This document shows positions 58,140 through 64,000 of a stretch of 64,000 nt of DNA, piece by piece. The notes under the pieces were generated by a model that was given only the letters and a program-made list of their open reading frames with translations, was not told the origin of the DNA and searched no databases. The translations under genes and the position numbers were made by a program. Numbering within the stretch: the first letter of the stretch is position 1; the number at the start of each line of letters is the position of its first letter. The stretch comes from Parcubacteria group bacterium (GTDB taxonomy: Bacteria; Patescibacteriota; Minisyncoccia; Moranbacterales; UBA11712): positions 24,226 through 88,225 of the forward strand of contig JBAZXV010000001.1 of the NCBI GenBank assembly GCA_041659685.1, given 5' to 3'.

Positions 58140-61100
58140 TCAGCTTTCTTCCAAGACGGGAACCAAATACAACCGAAGCTTCTCCAGGGCATTTTTGCGC
58201 AGCTTTGTGAAAGCATGCATTGTAAGTTGCATATCCCGAAGAGCGTCGTCCCATTTTTGGATCTTGCATCCGTTAAATTCATAGAGCCGGGAGATCAGCT
58301 CTTTTTCATCATCGTGCAGGAACAATAATACTGTTTCCGGGTTACTGCCGGGCAGGATATTGATTCCGAGATCTTTTAACAGCTTTACGGGCCATTTGCT
58401 TCTCCGGGCTTTTATTATCCCGGCCAAAACGGGAAAGGCGGCCAGTATGCGTTCTTTTGCGTTATCTGCGAGATGCTGGGCTACCAACGCTCTTTTTCCC
58501 CAACGCTCCCCGATAGTTTTTGGATTTATTTCCCACCTGGAATGAAGAGCCAGGAAACACCTCGCCTGATCCGTGGTTGGAAGACGAAAGCCCCTTCCCT
58601 GAAGAAAAAAATAAGCAATATCTTTCGGGGAAAGTCGTTTGACGCCATTTCCGAGCGTTTGCTGGAGTTTTTCCGTCGAAACGCCTTCCTGGAGCAATGT
58701 TTTAATTGTTGCTGCATCATTGAAGGTTTCCTTGGAAAGTGCCTCGAACCAACGAAGCGCTTCCGGCCATAAACCATGGTAAGACATTTTTACGGAAGAA
58801 ACCTGAAGACGAGAAATGTCGGATTGGCCGTCCGGCAGGTTTCTTCTCAAGAATTCCTCAAGCTTATCCAGGGTTGCTCTCTTTACATCTCTGACCCTCT
58901 GCGGGCGGATTTTCTGGCGAGAGGCGATTTCCTGGGGCTCAAAGAATTCTTCAGAGAAAGAAAGGCGGAAAATTTCCAATTCATGAGGATGGAAATTTCG
59001 AAACGCGTTTGCTATTTGCATGGGATTGCAAAGCAGAGCAATCTTACTTTTCATCCGCTTGAATAGCGCATAAAATAATTCGCTCGTCCAGCATTCCTGG
59101 GCTATAGTCAAGCGTTCGGAATCCAGTTGAAGGAAATTTCCCAGAGCTTCCTCATAGGCTTCGTTTTTCAGGTACGGCTTAACGTTAAGGCCGAGAAATC
59201 CTCTGATAGCCTCGAGAGCATCCCGCTTGGAACTGCATACCGTCTCGCGGACAACGTTTAATCGGCAGCTTGTGTCAATGCCGCATAATTTCTCTTCGTA
59301 AAGAAGCCTCAAATATTCTCCTATGCGCCAACTTCTGCGAAGAGAGTAAAGAGCATAGGCGAGATCTTGAGGACCTCTCAATAAGCATCCGCTTTCCCCG
59401 ATATCCAAAAGAAGCTTTTCTGACCAGATGGAACTGGCCAGATCGGAAGTTTTCCTGCTCGGCGGACCTAGATTTTTCCGTATCTCCTCCCAGACCTGTG
59501 AAAGAGTGCTTTTCTTTGGCAAAAGAGGAATCCCGGAGACGGCGCTGTGTTTTTCTTTGCGGGGTTCCGTCTTGAGAAGATAAGGAATCGGCCTTGTGTC
59601 CTGAGAGCAGCCGAAAAAACTCTTAAATTCTGCCGCTCCCTTTTGGCAGTCAAGATTTTGGAAGAGAAAAGCCTCTACCGCTTGAATAATTTGCCGTCGT
59701 ATATGGGCAAAGAACTCCTCGCTTTTTCCGGAGTACTCACAAACGCCTTTGGTGAGGGCGATATTGCCTTCCCCCGTGAGGTCGAGAAAATCGTCTGCAT
59801 CCATTTCGAAATCGCAACCACTTGATATAATCGCTTCCAACGCGATATTGACAACTGTTGAGAGGTTAGCTTCAATCAGTGCTTCATCTGCCAGAGGATT
59901 TTCCCGAAATTCCAATGCAATTTTTTGTTCTCTTTCGGAAAGAGTTTCGATTGCAAAGATTTTTTCGAGATATTCCCTAAAGGCAGGATTGTCGGCGGAT
60001 GGGTTCAATATTCCGATTACCCGATCAACCTTCGTTTTTGGAAAATACAGATTTTTCTCAACTCGGTTAACGGATTGCGGCGCTTGATGCGCCGGTTGGA
60101 TGCCGGGGATCTTATTTTCACCCAAAACCGAACTCATTATCCCCGCTTTTTTGAAAACATCCAGCACTTTTTTGGACGGATTTTTGTTCAATCCCTGGAG
60201 ATATTCAAGATATGGACGGATTTTTCGAAAAGCGCGCGCTTCAATTTGCCGGATTCTTTCGCGAGTTACCCGCCGCTGGTTCTTGCAGAGAGCAATTACT
60301 TCCGGAACGGCAGCAATTGCGTCCAGGGCTAAGGGAATTGCGCCTTCGAAGCCGCATCGAAACTTAATGACTTGCCAGTCGACGGGACTTCTTTCAAGTG
60401 CAATCCTGCAAATGAGAGCAATTTGCTCTGAATGCATTTTCCCTTCGCAAATTTCAAGCGCTGATTCTTGCGAATTGTCTGTCGTGAAATCTTCCAGACT
60501 GTCCCCGTCGTCTCCGACAGGAGATTCGAGGGATAACGGTTCCTTCATTATCGCCGTTAGTTTCCGCACTTTCTCTACGGAGCATTCCATCTTTTCGGCT
60601 ATCTCGCTCTCAGTAGGTTCTCTGCCAAGATCCCGGGTCAGATAATTGGAAACACCGCGAAGTTTGTTGATAGTCTCGACCATATACGTGGGAATGCGAA
60701 CCGTGCGGGACTGATCGGCGATGGCCCGGGTGATTCTTTGGCGAATCCACCATGAAGCGTAGGTGCTGAACTTGTAGCCGCGTTCATATTCAAATTTTTT
60801 AACGGCTCGCATGAGACCAATAGCGCCTTCTTGGATCAGGTCAATGAGTTGTAATCCGCGGTTGGTATATTTCTTGGCAATACTGACAACCAGGCGCAGA
60901 TTGCGAACTACAAATTCCTTTTCCGTTTCTGCGGGGTCTCCGGGCTCAGATCCACGCATAATGCGGGCAATTTTCCGCTCTTCTTCTCTCGACAGGTTGG
61001 GCGATTTATTTCTCTTCAGGATGCGAAGGAAAATGGCCAAAGGATCATCTGAAGAAGAGGAAGCTTCCTGTTCGTCGTCGCTGATTAGAGATTCCGTTGG

Positions 61101-61199
61101 CGGATGTTCTTCAAGCTCGGCCAGTTCTTTGTCGAGCGGTTCCCTGTCTTCTTGCCCCACGTCAGGGACAAGATCAAAAAACTCGTCTCCCCCGTTCAT
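58140..61199 (-). CDS. Giant multidomain sigma-70 family protein (RpoD-like module + second sigma2 + four sigma4-like repeats)
   Basis: [31 protein letters not shown]...[15 protein letters not shown] (sigma2), RT.RIP..M.E.INK...LGREPT..EIA (sigma3), [10 protein letters not shown] (sigma4.2), then about 690 further aa. AAGGAG Shine-Dalgarno before ATG 61199. Confidence 0.9.
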   Translation of the reverse strand: MNGGDEFFDLVPDVGQEDREPLDKELAELEEHPPTESLISDDEQEASSSSDDPLAIFLRILKRNKSPNLSREEERKIARIMRGSEPGDPAETEKEFVVRNLRLVVSIAKKYTNRGLQLIDLIQEGAIGLMRAVKKFEYERGYKFSTYASWWIRQRITRAIADQSRTVRIPTYMVETINKLRGVSNYLTRDLGREPTESEIAEKMECSVEKVRKLTAIMKEPLSLESPVGDDGDSLEDFTTDNSQESALEICEGKMHSEQIALICRIALERSPVDWQVIKFRCGFEGAIPLALDAIAAVPEVIALCKNQRRVTRERIRQIEARAFRKIRPYLEYLQGLNKNPSKKVLDVFKKAGIMSSVLGENKIPGIQPAHQAPQSVNRVEKNLYFPKTKVDRVIGILNPSADNPAFREYLEKIFAIETLSEREQKIALEFRENPLADEALIEANLSTVVNIALEAIISSGCDFEMDADDFLDLTGEGNIALTKGVCEYSGKSEEFFAHIRRQIIQAVEAFLFQNLDCQKGAAEFKSFFGCSQDTRPIPYLLKTEPRKEKHSAVSGIPLLPKKSTLSQVWEEIRKNLGPPSRKTSDLASSIWSEKLLLDIGESGCLLRGPQDLAYALYSLRRSWRIGEYLRLLYEEKLCGIDTSCRLNVVRETVCSSKRDALEAIRGFLGLNVKPYLKNEAYEEALGNFLQLDSERLTIAQECWTSELFYALFKRMKSKIALLCNPMQIANAFRNFHPHELEIFRLSFSEEFFEPQEIASRQKIRPQRVRDVKRATLDKLEEFLRRNLPDGQSDISRLQVSSVKMSYHGLWPEALRWFEALSKETFNDAATIKTLLQEGVSTEKLQQTLGNGVKRLSPKDIAYFFLQGRGFRLPTTDQARCFLALHSRWEINPKTIGERWGKRALVAQHLADNAKERILAAFPVLAGIIKARRSKWPVKLLKDLGINILPGSNPETVLLFLHDDEKELISRLYEFNGCKIQKWDDALRDMQLTMHAFTKLRKNALEKLRLYLVPVLEES

Positions 61200-61224
61200 G
61201 GGTTTCTCCTTTATTTTATTTTTT

Positions 61225-61296
61225 AAAAGAGCAGAAGAAAAAAAGAGCACCCTCCTGCTCTTTATTCAGTCTATAATAAAAAGCTTAAAATATCAA
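61225..61296 (-). promoter_or_regulatory. Putative promoter and leader hairpin upstream of the giant sigma gene
   Basis: TTGATA-17 bp-TAGACT (61296-61268), followed by AAAGAGCA-GGAGGG-TGCTCTTT-TTTT. Confidence 0.55.
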
Positions 61297-61306
61297 ATAT
61301 TGCCTT

Positions 61307-62434
61307 TTATATGATGTTTTTATATATAGCGAGAGTTTTTTGCGCCATATTTTGCCACTCGAATTTTTTGGCGGATTCGATGCCGGATTTGATTAATTTT
61401 TCCTTCAAGGATTGGTCGCTTAGTATTTTTGAAATATTTCCCGTGAATTCCCCGCTGCTTTCGGGGTCGCAAAAGAGAGCCGCATCTCCTGATATCTCCC
61501 GAAAAATCGGGATGTCAGAGCAAACTATCGGGGTGCCGGCGGCTATTGCTTCAATAATAGGAATGCCGAATCCCTCGTAAAGGGATGGTAAAACAAAACA
61601 ATCAGCCATTTGAAGCAGGACCGGTTTATCTTTTTCTTCGATCCAACCGGGGAAAATAACTCTTTCTCCAAGATTGTTTTTTGAAACAGTCTCGTCTATT
61701 TTTTTGTCGAAATTATGCGCTTTTCTGTTGCCGGCAATGACCAGTTTTATATTAAGACCCTTAATCGCTTTAATAATAACTGGAATATTTTTTCGCGGCT
61801 GAAGCGTGCCGATATAAAGCAAATAATTTTCCGGAAGGTTATATTTTTTCCTGACGTTTTCTTTTTCTTCGCCGGAAAAATTATGACCGTATTTTTCGGC
61901 CTCAACTCCGTTATAAGCAAAATCCACTTTTGCGGGAGAAATTTTGTAAAAATCGGCGATGCTATTTTTCTCGCTTTCGGAAACAGTGATTACTTTGTCC
62001 GCTCGCCGGATGCTTCTCGGGATTAGTGCTCTAAGGAAAAGCAAATCGGAATATTTTATATATTGAGGAAAATAATTAAACGAAATATCATGAATTGTAA
62101 GCATTAATTTGATGTTTTTTGGCAGCCAAAAAGGAGCAATATACTGAGTATGGAAAATGTTGACCGGATTCTTCTTGAGATAATTCGGAAGCGCCCAAAG
62201 ATTCCACCAAAAACGACTCGGCGAGTTCAGGTAAATTATTTTAAAGTTGGATCCAAGCTTTAACGATTCTATTTCTCTGGCCAGAAGCCTGTCTCTTGCC
62301 GGGTCGCGGTCGATAAAAAGAAGATAATGATTCTCTTTATCAATCCGCGCCAAATATTTAACCAGGTTGAAAAAATAAACCTCGCCCCCGGTCTGTTTTT
62401 TTCCTATTAATCTGATGTCTATTCCTATTCTCAT
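61307..62434 (-). CDS. Glycosyltransferase family 4 (mannosyltransferase WbaZ/MtfB-like)
   Basis: RIGIDIR, TIHDISF, GTLQPRKN and PSLYEGFGIPIIEA motifs. Confidence 0.9.
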   Translation of the reverse strand: MRIGIDIRLIGKKQTGGEVYFFNLVKYLARIDKENHYLLFIDRDPARDRLLAREIESLKLGSNFKIIYLNSPSRFWWNLWALPNYLKKNPVNIFHTQYIAPFWLPKNIKLMLTIHDISFNYFPQYIKYSDLLFLRALIPRSIRRADKVITVSESEKNSIADFYKISPAKVDFAYNGVEAEKYGHNFSGEEKENVRKKYNLPENYLLYIGTLQPRKNIPVIIKAIKGLNIKLVIAGNRKAHNFDKKIDETVSKNNLGERVIFPGWIEEKDKPVLLQMADCFVLPSLYEGFGIPIIEAIAAGTPIVCSDIPIFREISGDAALFCDPESSGEFTGNISKILSDQSLKEKLIKSGIESAKKFEWQNMAQKTLAIYKNII

Positions 62435-62460
62435 TATATTTTGCCTGTCATGAGTCCGAA

Positions 62461-64000
62461 TTATTTCGAACTGGAGACGACAACTTTCTCAATGCTTATG
62501 ATTAATGCCAGTCCGATCCAGAAAATTCCCATAAAAAGTCCCGCGTTGAATAAATTTGGGACCAACAGGGCCAGAATTCCCAACACCGAAAATAAATAAA
62601 ATGTTTTCCTGGTATCTTCCCTCACGACCGGGCAGCCGATTATTCTATTGAGCGGGCATACGGGCGAAATGCGGCGAAAAGAATAGATGAAAAGAAATCC
62701 AAAAACCGCAATGAAAGCCGCCATTCCTAAGATTCCGCACCCTGCCCAGACCTGAAGAAATATATTGCTTTCATTGAGCCCCGCTCCCCGTTCGTCATCT
62801 CCCAAATTTTGCGTAATGGTCCCGAAACCGACTCCGAGGACGGGATGCGTTTTTATTATCTCCCAGCTTTTTCGGTAAATCATGCCTCGGGTCATTACAT
62901 TCGGGTCCTTTCGGTAAATTTCGACCACGTTTTCCCCTCGCGATTTGAAGGATTCTATATCCTCAAGATTGATATGCTGGCAATTGTGTTTTGCGAGCTC
63001 GTCAATACTGGAGACAACCGGCGGAACATCCGAATCTTTATTGCAGGCAATCGTTATTTTTTGCTCATTGGTCGCTGTCGAGCGGGCGCGATCAAAAATG
63101 TCGAATTTCGAAAGATTCCCGAAGTGAATCGCGGAAAGAGAAATTCCAACTACAACAAGAACTGCCGCGAGATTATTTCTGAAATCTCGTACTGAGAAGG
63201 TTATTTCTGCGCCTGTTTTTCTAAAAAAACTAAGGAGCAGAAAAACAGCCAGCAGCAGCGCGGAGCCAATCCAGGCCGAGCGGGAAAGCGTAAGCACCAA
63301 GAGAGTTATGTCTAAGAAGACGAGCAAGCCGAGTATTGCCAGAAAATAGTTTTTAATAGCCGCCAGCTTTGGCTCTTTGTGCGTTAAGTAGTGGACGCAA
63401 GACAGAAGAACAGCCAGAGCAAAGCAAAGGTATATCCCCAGCCAATCGGGCTCGGCAAAAGTGGAATTAGGCCGCCCGAACATGATTTCAAAAGATTTGG
63501 CGCCGAATTTTTCGGCAAAAACCTGGTAAAATCCGTAAGCATTAACCGCGATATATGAACCGATAAAAAAGAGAGCGGTCTTGATTGCGTCATCCCGGTT
63601 TCTTGTGAAATTGCGAATCAGATAATAAAGAACAATAAAAGAAATTAAGATCAAGTTATTTTTTAAAATCGCGCTCTTGCTGGAAGAAGCGAGCAGCGGA
63701 AGAAAACTGAGAGGCGCCAAAGAAAAAACAAGCCAATCAATCCAACTCGGTTTAAGGAATTGGCAATTTAGTTTTTTGGATGTGCCGAGAATTGCCATAG
63801 CGGCAACCAATATTCCTCCCAGAAACTGATAGGGCCGGATTTGAATCGGTAAAAATCCCGAAGCTAAAATAATATTTTCGAACGGAACAAGGCTTATAAA
63901 AAGGAAAAAAATCCAGCGGGGACGGTAAAGCGCGACAAGAAGTGATAAAAGAGAAATGAAGACAAAATCCCCTGTCTCAAGAGGCAGTCTGCCTTTGTTC
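62461..64000 (-). CDS. O-antigen ligase/Wzy_C family membrane protein (5' end lies beyond the window)
   Basis: RPNSTFAEP, LTLSRSAW, R..IY...W...HP.LGVGFG and NIFLQ...G.LG motifs. The frame stays open to the window edge. Confidence 0.8.
   Translation of the reverse strand, partial: NKGRLPLETGDFVFISLLSLLVALYRPRWIFFLFISLVPFENIILASGFLPIQIRPYQFLGGILVAAMAILGTSKKLNCQFLKPSWIDWLVFSLAPLSFLPLLASSSKSAILKNNLILISFIVLYYLIRNFTRNRDDAIKTALFFIGSYIAVNAYGFYQVFAEKFGAKSFEIMFGRPNSTFAEPDWLGIYLCFALAVLLSCVHYLTHKEPKLAAIKNYFLAILGLLVFLDITLLVLTLSRSAWIGSALLLAVFLLLSFFRKTGAEITFSVRDFRNNLAAVLVVVGISLSAIHFGNLSKFDIFDRARSTATNEQKITIACNKDSDVPPVVSSIDELAKHNCQHINLEDIESFKSRGENVVEIYRKDPNVMTRGMIYRKSWEIIKTHPVLGVGFGTITQNLGDDERGAGLNESNIFLQVWAGCGILGMAAFIAVFGFLFIYSFRRISPVCPLNRIIGCPVVREDTRKTFYLFSVLGILALLVPNLFNAGLFMGIFWIGLALIISIEKVVVSSSK

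Noticed and set aside
1-64000. Alternative genetic code (TGA=Gly, as in Gracilibacteria/Absconditabacteria)
   Set aside because: Conserved genes are full length in code 11 and several end properly at TGA (e.g. gltX, thpR).

Overview
This is a gene-dense bacterial chromosome segment in the standard code (TGA is used as stop). Gene content and order (rpmA-pyrG-rplI-ctpA, gltX next to a coiled-coil C39 protein, LCP, many GT-C-type membrane proteins, few Shine-Dalgarno motifs) suggest a Patescibacteria/Parcubacteria (CPR) genome, possibly Moranbacteria-like; this is inference. About 43 kb (1-43.5 kb) is cell-surface glycan machinery: nucleotide-sugar enzymes, multidomain glycosyltransferases, four polyprenol-phosphate GT2s, a GtrA flippase, six GT-C-like membrane proteins and a WecB/TagA. 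Housekeeping genes follow (gltX, iscS/iscU, rpmA, pyrG, rplI, ctpA), then more envelope genes. The most unusual element is a ~1019-aa sigma-70 protein (58140-61199, minus strand). It has an RpoD-like sigma1.2-2-3-4 module, then a second, degenerate sigma1.2/sigma2 domain, then four tandem sigma4-like HTH repeats. It appears to have its own promoter, a switch-like leader hairpin and a structured 3' region. Second most notable is a methyltransferase/coiled-coil/GT2/GT2 gene that would fuse with the next GT4/GT2/GT4 gene into one ~2027-aa protein if a single A were lost from an A8 run. I saw no tRNA, rRNA, CRISPR array or transposase. All product calls come from motif recognition by eye; no database searches were run.
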